Below, piece by piece: positions 37,231 to 49,885 of a stretch of 64,000 bases of DNA. Position 1 is the first letter of the stretch. Every line of letters starts with the position of its first letter. The notes under the pieces were generated by a model that did not search any database, had not been told where the DNA came from, and saw nothing but the letters and a program-made list of their open reading frames with translations. Position numbers and translations under genes: made by a program. Location: NCBI RefSeq assembly GCF_035084215.1, contig NC_090326.1:14074001-14138000 (forward strand), read 5' to 3'. The stretch comes from Heptranchias perlo (Eukaryota).

Positions 37231-37982
37231 CCCAGAAATTTGATGGTGCTGCGCCTGTTTCTCAGGTGCTAAATGGATGCCCAAGCTTCCAATGTAGTGG
37301 GCAGGATGTGTGTGCTCATTACCAGCCAGGAGTGCGCCTCCCGCCATATTGTTGTAGGCAAAAAGGTAAGCGTCCAGGGCCCGCACCTGAAACAGACATT
37401 ATCCCCATTGCATATGCAAATGAGGGGCCTAATGTCTGCTTGAGGTCCCCTGTGCAAAATTGGGTTGCCCTGAACGCAGCCAATGCCGGGCCTACTGTGT
37501 TCATGAAAAGCAGGTCTACATGCGGCCTAACCAGGGGACGTTAAAGTTTTAAAAATATACTTACCTGAATGTGGAGTTGGGAGGAGCAGGGGTACCCCTC
37601 CTGGTGCCACATTAAAACCACAGGCCGCTGCCGGCCACGGTTCCACCCCTCTCTCAATCGACCTCCCCCCCCCCATCCCGATGTCTCAATTCCCCCTCGC
37701 TCCGGTCGCCCGATCGACCCTCTCACGGTTCACTCCCCCCCTCCCTCCCTTCCAGGTAGCCCCCTCCCTCACGATTGCTTTCCATTGCCCCGTCTTTAAG
37801 ACCTACCTGCAGTCCACTGCCATGGTCCGAAATTTCGGGGGTCTTCACCGGCGAGATGCCTGGGGATGGCCAGTAGGTGTCTGCAGCTCACCGGTCTGAT
37901 GTTAATAAGGCCCAATATCGGGTGTGCCTTGGGCCTACGCGTTCTGGTGCAGAGATTGCTTCCTATGCTGAATTTCTCGGCC
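37231..37982. mobile_element. Candidate non-autonomous TIR element
   Basis: GC-rich island bounded by CCCAGAAATT and GAATTTCTCGGCC; shares CCCGCCATATTG with the element end near 25915. Confidence 0.45.
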
Positions 37983-38355
37983 GTTATATTTCTTCAGAAC
38001 CGAGATTACTGGTCTGTCCAGTCCCAGTCACAACAAGTCTGTCTTTGTTTTCAAATTTCATCAAGTCACCCTGCTCCAGAATTGTACAGTTGGATCAATG
38101 AATGTTTGGATCAAAGGCTGCTTGAGAAGCGTTAAAGGATTTTATTGGAACAAGAGCATCACAATTGGCAATTTTCCATTTCCATTACTGAAACCACATT
38201 CTCCGGTATTCCATGTTCCTGAACCGTGTATTTCGCAATCTCATTAGTGGATCATAAATTACAATTAAAAATGGGGAGTTCTGCTTTTATCAAACCGAGA
38301 ATAGGGTCGGATCTAGATTGCTATAATTTCACTACAGCACATGTCCTGCAGCAAC

Positions 38356-38910
38356 CATAGAATTGCATAGAATTTACAGCACAGAATCAGGCCATTCGGC
38401 CCAACAGGTCCATGCCGGTATTTATGCTCCACGCGAGTCTCCTCCCACCCTACTTCATCTCACCCTATCAACATATCCTTCTATTCCTTTCTCCCTCATA
38501 TACTTATCTAGTTTCCCCTTAAATGCATCTATGGTATTTGCCTCAACTACTCCATGTGGTAGGAAATTCCACATTCTCACCACTCTCTGGGTAAAGAAGT
38601 TTCTCCTGAATTCCCTATTGGATTTATTAGTGACCATCTTATATTTATGGCCCCTAGTTTTGCTCTCCCCCCTACAAGTGGAAACATCTTCTCCACATCT
38701 ACCCTATCAAACCCCTTCATCGTTTTCAAGACCTCTATCAGGTCACCCCTCAGCTTTTTTTTTCTAGAGAAAAGAGCCCCAGAGTCTGTTCAGCCTATCC
38801 TGATAACTATATCATCTCAGTTCTGTTATTGTCCTTGTGAATCTTTTTTTTGCACCTTCTCCAGTGTCTCTATATCCTCCTTATAATGTGGAGACCAGGA
38901 CTGTGCACAG
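38356..38910 (-). mobile_element. CR1 3' fragment
   Basis: RRNFFTQRVVRMWNFLP...FKGKLDKY; CATAGAAT tail. Confidence 0.92.
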
Positions 38911-39989
38911 TCCTGATGATGATGCACAACCATGCTGATGGAATTGGATACAGCTGTAGATTACAGGATTCCAGCTGGCTGCTTCTTGCGGAATGGAGAA
39001 TAAAGTGCTGAAAATTGGAAGTTGTGGATACAATTCAGTCAAATATCCAAGGTGGAACTCCTTCTAAATCAATTCAATGACATTTATTTACCCCAATCTC
39101 AGAAGGTAGTTACTGAAACATCTCTCCCACATCATCTGTCCTTAAGGTGTGATTGATTAACTTGTCAAATTAGTTCCAATTAGTAGCCGATTATGAGCAG
39201 TTTTGTACTGTATGTCTGGTGTGTGTTGGAACATGAATTAGGTTGCCCACACTCTGCTCTTTCATTATTCTCAGTCCCCGGGGTGTGACTGGATTTCCAT
39301 TTAAATGGTTCTATTCTGCGGCATTCTTCTTCAGAAATTCGATTTTATTCACGTGGAAGTCAGTCACCCTAACCTGGAAAATAAGGAAAACTGTCGTGAG
39401 AAAGGAAAATGAACACTAATAAACTTTCAGTCCCATTAGGCCGTGAGATTTTATAACAGAGATTCACTGGATTCAGGACAATGCTGAAGTTGGAGACCGA
39501 GGTGAATCTGCAATGTTAGGGGCTGATGGCTGAAACAGACTTTTTGAACCAAGTGCTCAGTGGTTTCGCAGGAACGTTTTGCACGGGTGAGTTATTGAAC
39601 TTTTCACATTGATTAAAAGGCTCGTTAGCTGTCTTGTTCTTACAGGCGCACTTTGATTGGCTGCTTCTTCACTGCTCCCACCAACAAAATCACATTCCTC
39701 AATATTCCTCATTCCCCGTTGACCCTATTTTGGAAATGTTATTTTTATGGGCAGTTCTTACGATGTCCCGATGCTGTTGAATAATACGGGTCCTCAATCC
39801 TATCATTTCCATTTTTCTCTTCAAAGAGGCCGGTTCTGGTTTACCCTCCCTTCCCCTCTTATGCTCCAATCGTTGAGAGGGGTCGAGTGGCTTATTTTGC
39901 GCGCCATTCCAGCTAGTGAGGCTGGGGAGGAATGGGGCAGTAAAATGAATTCGGTGAAAGTTGGTGATTTATGGGCTGGCACCAGATAA

Positions 39990-40180
39990 AATAAACATGA
40001 AAGGCGCTGGATTATTGTAAAAACCCAACTAATATCCTTCAGGGAGGGGTAGCAGGCCAATGTGGCCTATATTTGACTCAAGTTCCATATGACATGGTTG
40101 TCCTCAGGGCAACTAGAGATGGGCAATGAATGAGCGCCTAGCCAGCATCGCCCACATCCTAAGAACAAATATAAAAAAAC
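39990..40180 (+). mobile_element. Short bipartite non-autonomous derivative of LINE family A (5' leader joined to 3' UTR), decayed
   Basis: CATGAAA...GGATT.T.GTAAAAACCCA..CTAAT.TCCTT.AGGGA...TGGCC.ATAT.TGACTC matches the reverse complement of 17440-17540; followed directly by GGGCAA.TAG.GATGGGCAAT.AATG...CGCCCACATCC and an A-rich end. Confidence 0.7.
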
Positions 40181-40629
40181 GGTACAAAAGATAATTAACA
40201 GCACGGAGAAAAAAAAACTGAACAGCACCAAGGGCAACAAAAGGAGTGGATGCAGGTTTTGAGTTATGAGGAGCAACTTTAGGGCAGACAACAAGATGTT
40301 TCCTTTGTGTAGAGGGTAATCAGCAGCTTGAAACCTTGAAGAAAATGTCAGATGCCGCAATGGGGAGATGAGGGCCTGAAAGAAAGGGCACAGCATGATC
40401 CAAATTCTAGGCCAGTGTGTTTGGTATCCTGCAAGGGCCGAAGGAAATTCTTCATCCCAAACCTAGCATGTGATCTTGGGAACTAAGACCGTGGTGTTTG
40501 TAATCGCGTCAGAAACATGCTGCATAGAATTAAATACTTTTCTTATGTTAAACATGCCAGAAATCATCGTGAACCAACAAAATGAATATGTTCCTTAAAC
40601 TTTGCTTTAACTACAATGGGATAGGTATT

Positions 40630-40960
40630 GAGTTACTTCGAGTTACATCGAAACTACAGCTCAGAAACAGGCCATACGGCCCAACAGGTCTTTGCCGGCG
40701 TTTATGCTCCACATGAGCCTCCTCCTCCCTACTTCATCTAACCCTATCAGGATACCCTTCTATTCCTTTCTCTCTCAAGTGCCTATCTAGTTTTCCCTTA
40801 AATGCATCAATGCTATTTGCCTCAACTACTCCTTGCGGTAGCGTATCCCACATTCTTACCACTCTTTAGGTAAAGAAGCTTCTCCTGAATTCACTATTGG
40901 ATTTATTAGCGACTATTTTATGTTTATGACCTCTAGTTTTGGATTCCCCCAGAAGTGGAC
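40630..40960 (-). mobile_element. CR1 3' fragment with a variant (GAGTTACATC-type) tail
   Basis: Collinear with 38385-38680. Confidence 0.9.
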
Positions 40961-41502
40961 GCATTAAGCCAATCTTTTTTTTAATAAAATGTGTATTAAC
41001 TAACCCAGTGGAAATAATGCAAAATAAAAGCCTTTATTATGTTGACTTACAGTCATTTCTATCATATTTAAAAAAGACCAACCTTAATTGGAAATAAATT
41101 ATTCTTGTAGCTGGATTGAGATGTCAGCAGATGTTTGACAGTAGTATCTGTTCATGCAGTTTGGAATTGGCTTTTATCAGGATGATGGGAGAGTTTAGTT
41201 ACCATAAAATGTATAGTGTGAGTTTTATGTGTTGGTGTGAGTTTTGCCTAGCTCTTACAGCCTGCAAACTCGGGGCTGTGACTAACGCATTTAAACTGTC
41301 ATGATTAAATTTTACTAACCAGCTCCCTGCGGCAAAAACTGCAGGCTCGACTTTTAACTTCTTCAACCAACAGAAGGGCTTTATAGTGAGTTACACATGC
41401 AAGGAGCAGAGGGCCTGTGACTATTATTAGTGAGGAAGGTTCTTACAGTAAAAGAGAGACTATATCAGAACGTGTGGAGGATAGGCTTCAATTGATGTGT
41501 GA

Positions 41503-42141
41503 TCATAAAATCATAGAATTATAGAATCACAGAATTGTAGAATCACAGACTCATAGAATTATAGAATCACAAAATAAAAGAATCAAAGCATAATAGAGTC
41601 ATAGAATCATAGAATCACAGAATCGTAGAATCACAGAATTGTGGAATCATAGAATCACAGAATCACAGAATTATAGAATCACAGAATCATGGAATCACAG
41701 AATCATAGAATCATAGAATCATAGAATCACAGAATCACAGAATTATAGAATCACAGAATCATATCATAGAATCATAGAATTATAGAATCATAGAATCATA
41801 GAATCATAGAATCACAGAATCATGGAATCACAGAATCATAGAATTATAGAATCATAGAATTATAGAATCATAGAATCACAGAATCATAGAATTATAGAAT
41901 CATAGAATCATAGAATCACAGAATCACAGAATCATGGAATCACAGAATCATAGAATTATAGAATCATAGAATCATAGAATCACAGAATCACAGAATCATG
42001 GAATCACAGAATCATGGAATCATAGAATCATAGAATCACAGAATCATATCATAGAATCATAGAATTATAGAATCACAGAATTATAGAATCGTCGAATCGC
42101 AGAATTGTGGAATCACAGAATCACAGAATCGTAGAATCACA
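41503..42141. repeat. (CAYAGAAT)n octamer microsatellite, expanded CR1 tail; continues at 43705-43915
   Basis: 8-bp periodicity; abuts the CR1 3' end at about 43915. Confidence 0.95.
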
Positions 42142-42519
42142 AGGGGAAAAATTGGATAAGGGCTGTTTTTGGGCGTAGGTGGCGTGATGTGCTATTACCC
42201 CACGCCCAATGACCCCTGCGCAGGCAGGACGCAAGTTTCAGCCCATCCGAGGACTCACCTGCAATCAGTGTTCCATTCCAGGCCTTACACGTAGAATCAA
42301 TGCAATTCACACTTTCTACCACCACCACTGTCCACTGTCTGCACGGAGTCTGAACGGAGATCAGACATCGCACACGTGAAACACAGATGCAGGTCCCATC
42401 CCTATGTTTACACACTGATGAGTTATGTTAACACATTGAATAAAGGTTGTGCACCACTAAATCCCACATCCTCCAATCTGTACGCCAGACCTCACCAATC
42501 TGCTGCCCTGAGTTGGTAC

Positions 42520-43050
42520 CAGGCCTGCGAGAGTGCATGCACCAAGATTTCCTGTTGATGCACTAGAGACCTTGGGTGCAAGAGGTAGACAGAAGGAGGG
42601 ACATCCTATATCCGCAGTGGTGGGGGCGGGGGGAACAAGAGGCCCTCCAGACATATGTCCAAAAGGCAGTGGGAGGCAGCGGGGGATGAAGTCAATGCCA
42701 GGCACACAGCATCATGTTCATGGATGCAGTGCAGGAAGAAGTTCAATGATTTGACATGAGTGGGCAAGGTGAGTGAGGTCAACTGTCAAGTGGCGTCTCC
42801 TACCAACTGCACCACACACTACACCCCCATCACCCACATACCAACAAACTCTTTCCATCAGTACTCAACTCTTACAACCAGATGCTTCCTCTCACTCTTA
42901 CACATTACCACTGTTTCAAGCCGCCCACCCACAACTCACAGGCCGCACACACTAGCTATTCAACCATGACAGGCACATCACCCAGACACACGTCCCGCTT
43001 TCTTGCAGGAGATGGTGGCAAATATCAAGAGGCAGCAAGTGGCAGTGGCA
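42520..43050 (+). pseudogene. Harbinger Myb/SANT-like DNA-binding gene remnant (exon 1, intron, start of exon 2)
   Basis: APRFPVDALETL/QEVDRRRDILYP...KRQWEAAGDEVNA...WMQCRKKFNDLT*; GTGAGT donor at 42769 and TTGCAG acceptor at 43008. Confidence 0.8.
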
Positions 43051-43061
43051 TTTAGCGCCTC

Positions 43062-43315
43062 GGGCCCGTTTCAACATTCAATGAGATCATGGTGGACCTG
43101 TGACCTAACTCCATATACCCGCCTTAGCCCCATATCACTTAATACCCTTGGTTCACAGAAATCTATCAATCTCAGATTTAACATTCACAATTGAGCTAGC
43201 ATCAGCTGCCGTCTGCAGAAGAGCGTTCCAAACGTCTCCCACCCTTTGCGTGTAGAAGCATTTCCTAACTTCACTCCTGCACGTCCTGGCTCTAAATGTA
43301 AGGCCATGTCCCCAT
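43062..43315 (-). mobile_element. CR1 3' fragment nested in the Harbinger derivative
   Basis: CATTCAATGAGATCATGG...AATCTATCAATCTCAG, as at 5260-5360. Confidence 0.8.
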
Positions 43316-44758
43316 ATCCTAGTCAACTCCAAAAACAGTTACAAATGTCTCGGCAGCCAGAAGCAATAATCCAGCCACTAACCTGTAAATCCTGCATGGT
43401 CCTTTTAAATAGCACTGGCTGGGGTCCTCAAGGCACTCTAAGACACGTTCAGATGGTTGCCGCTAAGTCCCAAAATGGTGTCGATCACTTTAAATCAGCT
43501 CTGTACACTGATTAAAGCCATTTTCTCCCTACTTTACATGATTCCAGCGTTCGTTATCTGCACCTGCGCTAACTCCTATACCAAGATGGCGTCCAGTGCA
43601 CGTCACGCTGGAAACGTGCGTGCACATCCAAGACGCCATCTTGGATGTCGGAGAGGCCGCGTAGCGCTGAAACAACGGGTGCTACACGACCCAATTTAGT
43701 GCCCACAGAATCATAGTATCACAGAATTATAGAATCATAGAATCATAGTCTCATAGACTCATGGAATCCTAGAATCACAGAATCCTAGAATCAGAAAATC
43801 ATGGATTCATAGAATCACAGAATTATAGATTCATTGAATCACAGAATTATAGAACCATGGATTCATAGATTCATTGAATCACAGAATCATAGTGTCGCAA
43901 AATCATAGAATCATACAGCACAGAAGGAGGCCATTTGGCCCATTGTGCCTGTGCTGGCTCTTTGAAAGAGCTATCCAATTAGTCCCACTCCCCTGCTCTT
44001 TCCCCATAGTCCTGTAATTTTTCTCCCTTCAAGTATTTATCTAATTCCCTTTTGAAAGTTACTATTGAATCTGCTTCCACCGCCCTTTCAGGCAATGCAT
44101 TCCAGATCATAATAACTCGCTGCATAAAAAAATGTTTCCTCATATTACCTCTGGCTCTTTTGCCAATCACCTTAAATCTGTGTCCTCTGGTTACCGACCC
44201 TTCTGCTACTGGAAACAGTTTCTCCTTATTTACTCGATCAAAACCCCTCATAATTTTGAACACTTTTATCAAATCGCCCCTTCTCTGTTCTAAGGAGAAC
44301 AATCCCAGCTTCTCCAGTCTCTGCACATAACTGCAGTCCCTCATCCTTGGTGCCATTCTAGTAAATCTCCTCTGCACCCTCTCTAAGGCCTTGACATCCT
44401 TCCTAATGTGGTGCCCAGAATTGGCCACAAAACTCCAGCTGGGACCTAACCAGTGTTTTATTAAGCTTTAACATAACTTTCTTGCTTTTGTACTCTTTGG
44501 GCCCGATGTTACCAGGGCTGCGGGTTCGCGGCAGGGGGGCTATCGGGCGCGTGAGTAACGCGCCCGGTGAAATTAGTCAGCCACCCGTGCGATCGCAGCC
44601 CAATTGGATCCACTTACCTGCTCCTCCAGGTTCCCCACTGCTGATCTGCGCGTCGGGCGGGCTGCGCATGCGCAGTAAGATCTGTCAGCTGGAGGAGCTC
44701 TATTTAAAGGGGCAGTCCTCCACTGACACATGCTGCAACAAATAGGAAAAATTACAGC

Positions 44759-45003
44759 ATGGAGCAGCCCAGGGGGAAGGCTGCTCCCAGTTTAATGATG
44801 CCTCACTCCAGGTATCAATAAATGGGGTGAGGAGGAGGGGGAGGACAGAGATCTTCCCCCCGGTGGGCGGGAGGAAGCGGCCTGCCTCTGCCACCAAGAA
44901 GGCCTGGCTCGAGGTGGCAGAGGAGGTCACCTGCACCACCAACATATCGCCCACCTGCATACAGTGCAGGAGGCGCTCCAATGACCTCAGTAGGTTAGCC
45001 GAA
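44759..45003 (+). pseudogene. Harbinger Myb/SANT-like gene exon 1, frameshifted
   Basis: MEQPRGKAAP/FNDASLQV...IFPP..GRKRP...KKAWLEVAEEV...IQCRRRSNDL; GTGAGT donor at 45004; TATTTAAA at 44701. Confidence 0.85.
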
Positions 45004-45559
45004 GTGAGTACACTTACTCATTCCCCTACACTCCATCTGCCACATCACCGCCCCCACCCCACATCTCCTTCTGCACTGCCAACACTACTCTGTCACATCA
45101 CCCCTCACACCCACTCAAACCTCATCCTCATCTTACCTGCACTTACTCACCTCGCCAGTACTCATCCCGCCACTACCACTCAACCCAATCCTCATACAAT
45201 CTCATGGCTCTCTCTCATACTCACCCTCTCATTCATCTCTTTCATGGTCAGCCTCACTCAACCTGCCACTACCTGTGCTGCAGCCACAGGGCATGCATCA
45301 CATATGTGCAGTAGGCAGCGTAAGGCAAACGTGTCGTGAGTATGAAGGGGATGCACAAGGGTGTTTGAGGGTTTGTCATGGTTTTTACTTATATTGAATT
45401 TCTGACCAACTCACATTACATATTATATTGTCACCACTACTGCCATGTCTTCGCGAATCTTGTCTGGTTTGTGCAATAATGCCCTTTCCTGAGGATCACG
45501 ATGAAGACCCACAACTGATGCCACCCATTGTGTCACTGCAGAGTGGGTGTAGGTGTATT

Positions 45560-46018
45560 TGCAGGGCTCTTTTGTGCAGACGACTGAGAGACATCGGCGA
45601 TGTCCCCGGTTGCACCCTGGAAGGATGCGGAGGAGAAGTTGTTGAGGGCAGTGGTGACTTTGACAGCGACAGGTAAGAAGATGGTGCTCGGGCCAGCCAG
45701 GAGCAGCTTGGCATGAAGGAGGCTGCAGATGTCCATGACTACATGTCGAGTGACTCTGAGCCTCCGTGTGCACTGCTGCTCAGAGAGGTCCAGGAAGCTG
45801 AGCCTCGGTCTGTGGACCCTATGGCGAGGGTAGTGCCCTCTGCGACGCATCTCTCTCTGCGGTTGCCCTCCCTCCTGCTGTACAGGTGGATGTGTCACAG
45901 CACTCTGTTGTGGAGCTCCACGTGTCAGAGGTGGACGGCGTGGATGGCGAGGCTGGTGAGGCTGGTGATGCTGTTCGTCCTCCGAGGAGGTCATGACTGC
46001 AGCTACGGCGGCCCCCAT
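45560..46018 (-). pseudogene. HARBI1-like Harbinger transposase, N-terminal HTH region only (DDE domain deleted)
   Basis: RPRLSFLDLSEQQCTRRLRVTR...LPVAVKVTTALNNFSSASFQGATGDIADVSQSS. Confidence 0.88.
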
Positions 46019-47057
46019 CCGGAAGATGTACATCTGAGGGGGTCCGCAAGGTAGGTACATGTCTCTGGACCCCGGGGTAAGTGCAGGTTGGTGACTTTGA
46101 TTGTCAGGATGAGGGTGGTGGAGGCCAAACTTTGTCCCAAGTGACAGAGTGGCCTCCTGCAATGGGTGAGGGTCTCCCCCCCCCACCTGTCAAATGGATC
46201 TTTGGAGCTGCCACAGGCTGATAGCTGCAACAGGTCCATTTGAACTAGGAGTGTTTCCCCCAGTGTGGGAAACAGTCCCAGTTTGCTCTAAAATCCCACC
46301 CCTCCTCACATAATCCCTTAATCAGGTCAGTTAATGACCTGAACAAGCAAAATAAATACCTTCAAGTGGCACCCCGCTGGCTTTAATTGCCTGCGGGATT
46401 CCCACCAGCTGGGGCTGCGCGCGCACGTCGGTGCTTCAGCGGGGAACCCGGAAGTGGGCGGGTTGGAGTCGGGCTCCCGACCCACTCCGGGATTCTCCGA
46501 CTTTCGGAGCCCCCCCCCGCCAGGAACGCACCCGATAGCGGGTGCTAAAATGATGCCCTGTGCCTCTGTTTGAAAATCCCAGGGTCCCATATGCCTTTTT
46601 AACAGCCTTCTTAACTTGTCCTGCCACCTTCAAAAACTTGTGTACATACGCCTTCCCAGGTCTCTCTGTTCCCGCACTCCCTTTAAAATTGAACCATTTA
46701 GTTAACATCACTTTTATTCTGAATTGCTGCAATATTTTCACCAAAAACATTCCTGCACCTCTTTCACTTACCATTTTCGTATAATGTCAGTGAGATAAAC
46801 GTATTCAGTTTTCAAGGTTCCGTGGAGAATTGATAAAATCGTGCAAGTAAATACCCTGGGGAAGGCCTCAGCTCCTAGGGACCTTTGCACCTAAAACGTA
46901 ATCGTCTTGTGGAATATATTTCCAGGGAAGGTCTCTGAAAAGGGCAGGGTCATTGCATTCAAGAGACAATTATGATGCAGGCTGACTCTGCAGTGACTGT
47001 TCCTTCAAGGCAGAATCTCTGACTTCAATTCTCCTGCTCAAGAGAGAACTCTGCAGA

Positions 47058-47215
47058 GTACACCTGTTAATACATATGTACACTGCTTCTCTATGTGTAT
47101 GCACATTAACACATATGTACACTGCTCATCTACATGTATACATGTTAACACATGTGTACACAGTTCATCTACATGTATACATGTTAACACAAATGTACAC
47201 AGCTCTTCTACATAC
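47058..47215. repeat. 39-bp tandem repeat, 4 units
   Basis: TATACATGTTAACACATATGTACACTGCTCATCTACATG-like units; 13-aa period in ORF 47093. Confidence 0.85.
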
Positions 47216-47404
47216 ATGGTGAAAAGGTGGGGATGTCGATCTATTGGGGAGATTTTCCTCAGTTTGTGTCCGGATACACTGGGTCACCTGGGCACAGAGA
47301 ATATCAGTAATTTGGCAGTTTCCTTTACAGGAGTATGTTCCAGCCCACCCGATTATCTGGTATTCGCTGCACCTAGTCCACCCAGGCACTGACCCAGGGA
47401 TGGC

Positions 47405-47531
47405 CACCCTCCCTCCCCCCTTCCCCCCCTCCCCCATTTCCTCCCCCTCTCCTCTCCCGCCTTCCTCCCCCCTCTTTCCTCCCTCCCTCCCCCTCCCCTT
47501 CCCCCTCCCCTCCCCCTTCCCCCCTTCCCCC
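47405..47531. repeat. C/T homopyrimidine tract
   Basis: Runs of CCCC separated by T. Confidence 0.9.
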
Positions 47532-47687
47532 GTGTACTCTTCTGTTATTTTATTAGAATGGATGGCATTATCAAAACAAAACAAAACTGAACTCATACCC
47601 ACTGTGGAAGGCTACAGGTTGGTTTGGTTGTAAAACGGTTCCTCCAGGCTGGATCTTTTCTGCGACTGCTGTACCCAACCACCCTGT

Positions 47688-48115
47688 ATCAGCTGTGGCT
47701 CAGTGGGTAGCATTCTTGCCTGCTGAGGTAGAAGTTTATGGGTTCAAGTCCCACTGAAGCACATAATCCAGGTTAGTATTCCCTATGCTATACTGTCAGA
47801 GGTGCTGTCTTTTGGATGAGACATTAAAACAAGGCCCTGCCTGCCTTCTCAGGTGGATGTAAAAGATCCCATTGCCCTATTTTGAAGAAGAGCAGGTGAG
47901 TTCTCTCCAGTGTCCTGGCCAATATTTATCCCTCAAATAAAACAGATTATCTGGTCATTATCTCATTGCTGTTTGTGGGATCTTGCAGTGTGCAAATTGG
48001 CTGCCGCGTTTCCTATATTACAACAGTGATTACACTTCAAAACTACTTCACTGGCTGTAAAACGCTTTGGGCCATCCTGAGATCATGAAAGGCGCTCTAT
48101 AAATGCAAGTCTTTC
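47688..48115 (+). mobile_element. Deu-domain SINE with recognisable Pol III A and B boxes
   Basis: TGGCTCAGTGG (47696) and GGTTCAAGTCC (47741); core and tail as in 2059-2506. Confidence 0.9.
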
Positions 48116-49099
48116 TGTTCTTGTCACCTTACGTTTTCTGACTGCCAGATAGAAAGTGATAGCAGCAGGAACCCACTGCAGAACATTTAAAACTGAGCAA
48201 TCTGATGTGTTAATTAGCAGAGATATTCAGGCAGTGTTGAGCAGGAAGGTGGTGGCCGTTTCAGAATGACAGTGTTTGTTTTGGCATGAACTGAAGCTGC
48301 GATAAATGAGGAGAAGACTAAATAAACACATACCTTGGAGTTAATTATCATCATTAGATTAGTCACCTGAAAAGGAAGAGATAACAGAGTTCCCGAGGGC
48401 AATCTTTGCAACACTGGCAGTAAATTATTATTGTTTTGCTTAGAAAGCTAAATATGTTTTTACATTTTCCATAAAACAAACCTTAAGGAGAGAGCTTGCA
48501 CAGTTGAGCTTGAAAGCTTGATCAGAGGAGCGACTGAACTTGATTTGCACATTGTGTGGTAAACAAAAGGGTGCAGACAAGGGCAGTTGTGAGAAATGCA
48601 TAGCTCGCCCACATTTCACGGATGCTAGAAGAGAGAGAAATTGAATCATTGTACTGTAGGACTGAGCGTTCTTAAGGATCCCTATTATTTTACAAGCTCT
48701 CCCTGCCAGCTCACTAATTTATTATTATATTACAGATAACAGATTAACCTTCATTCATGTGCTGTTTGTGGGACCTTGCTATGCACAAATTGGCTGCCAT
48801 GTCTTAAATAGAAGTTTGCGGTTTAGGTATGGCAAATGTTGTTGTCTATTGGCACTGCTTATGTTGCTGACTTTTTGCCAATTATTCTTGCAGTGCTTTT
48901 TTTTTTGATCCCATTTCATTAATGCTGTCCGTTTGCCATTGGGACTCCATCTGCCATCTGTGTGCACTTGCCCAGGGCTGTTTACTGTAACAGCCTGACA
49001 ATTCTGCCCATGAGCACGCAGCTGGTTCTGGAAGGATGAGGAGGAAGATGTGAAGAGGCATGAGAGGGAGGTGCCTTTACACCTGAGATAGTCAGGCCA

Positions 49100-49235
49100 C
49101 AGCCAGGACGTTGAAGCAAATGTTTCGTAACTTTGACAGATCGGGGGTGTTGCAGTATAGCCCAGTGAGGGTCTCCAAGATTGTTGCGGTCGGTTGCCTT
49201 TTGCACAGCTTCGCCATCCCACGAGGCGTTGCCAA
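49100..49235 (+). pseudogene. HARBI1-like transposase C-terminal fragment
   Basis: LKQMFRNFDRSGVLQYSPVRVSKIVAVGCLLHSFAI matches the Harbinger pattern LK.RFRCLD.SGG.LQYSP......I..CC.LHN. Confidence 0.8.
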
Positions 49236-49394
49236 TGAGCAGATGGCAGAGGAGGTCCAACTACAATCAGCTGTAGGAAAGGATGTTGACACGGAGCTTG
49301 ACAGCTTTCAGGCAGTAATCTTGTAGAGCGGATTGCCCGATGGTTATAGAACCCACCTGATTTTCATTCCATCGATTCCACTAGATATCTGCTA

Positions 49395-49517
49395 TTTTAT
49401 CATTCATTCTCGGGATGTGGGCATGGCTGGCAAGGCCGGCATTTATTGCTCATTCTTAGTTGTCCCTTGAGAAGAATTGCTGCAGTCCGTGCGATGAAGG
49501 TGCTCCCACAGTGCTGC
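49395..49517 (-). mobile_element. LINE family A 3' terminal fragment
   Basis: GGGATGTGGGC...GCCGGCATTTATTGC...CCCTTGAGAAG...CTCCCACAGTGCTG. Confidence 0.85.
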
Positions 49518-49885
49518 TCAGGAAATTCGGGCAGCTGCTGCCCGTGATTTTTGATATCTATTACCTGTCGCAAAATTACCCTAACCTGCCAGAGGAGGAC
49601 AGAGCAAAGAATGGCAGCAACATTAGAACTAGTAGAACACAGACCGACATCTCCTCACACTACAGTGATTCTGAAGGACCCAATGACGGCACGCACATAC
49701 AGAAGGGGAACGTTGCAGGCTCGATGAAGTCTTTGTTGACTTAACTGATTCCAGTCAGAATGGGGTGGCAGGAAAATCAGTCTGGGTTCACGGTCCTGGC
49801 TATTAATCAGTGGCACTTGCTGAAAGTCAACCAGGGTTAGACTCATTTAGGGTACTTCCCATGGTGAGTATTCAAAATCAAGAAT

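Larger units (their letters stand above)
42142..43704 (+). mobile_element. Harbinger/PIF derivative inserted into the microsatellite
   Basis: Flanked by ACA/ACA; imperfect TIRs AGGGGAAAAATTGGAT and ACCCAATTTAGTGCCC; Myb/SANT-like remnant inside. Confidence 0.8.
44499..46558. mobile_element. Internally deleted Harbinger transposon with convergent Myb/SANT and transposase 5' remnants
   Basis: TIRs GGGCCCGATGTTACCA and TGCTAAAATGATGCCC; host CR1 TAT triplet appears duplicated as TTT/TGT. Confidence 0.9.
43903..46700 (-). mobile_element. CR1 copy (43903-44498 plus 46559-46700) split by a Harbinger insertion
   Basis: ORF 43979-44428 (LERVQRRFTRM...WNALP); sequence resumes collinearly with 55740-55830 after 46559. 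Confidence 0.92.

Noticed and set aside
45533-46186. Host HARBI1 or NAIF1/MSANTD genes
   Set aside because: Truncated or frameshifted, and enclosed in TIRs inserted into a CR1, so these are transposon remnants rather than domesticated genes
47688-47760. tRNA gene (A and B boxes present)
   Set aside because: Continues into the SINE body; no complete cloverleaf or terminator
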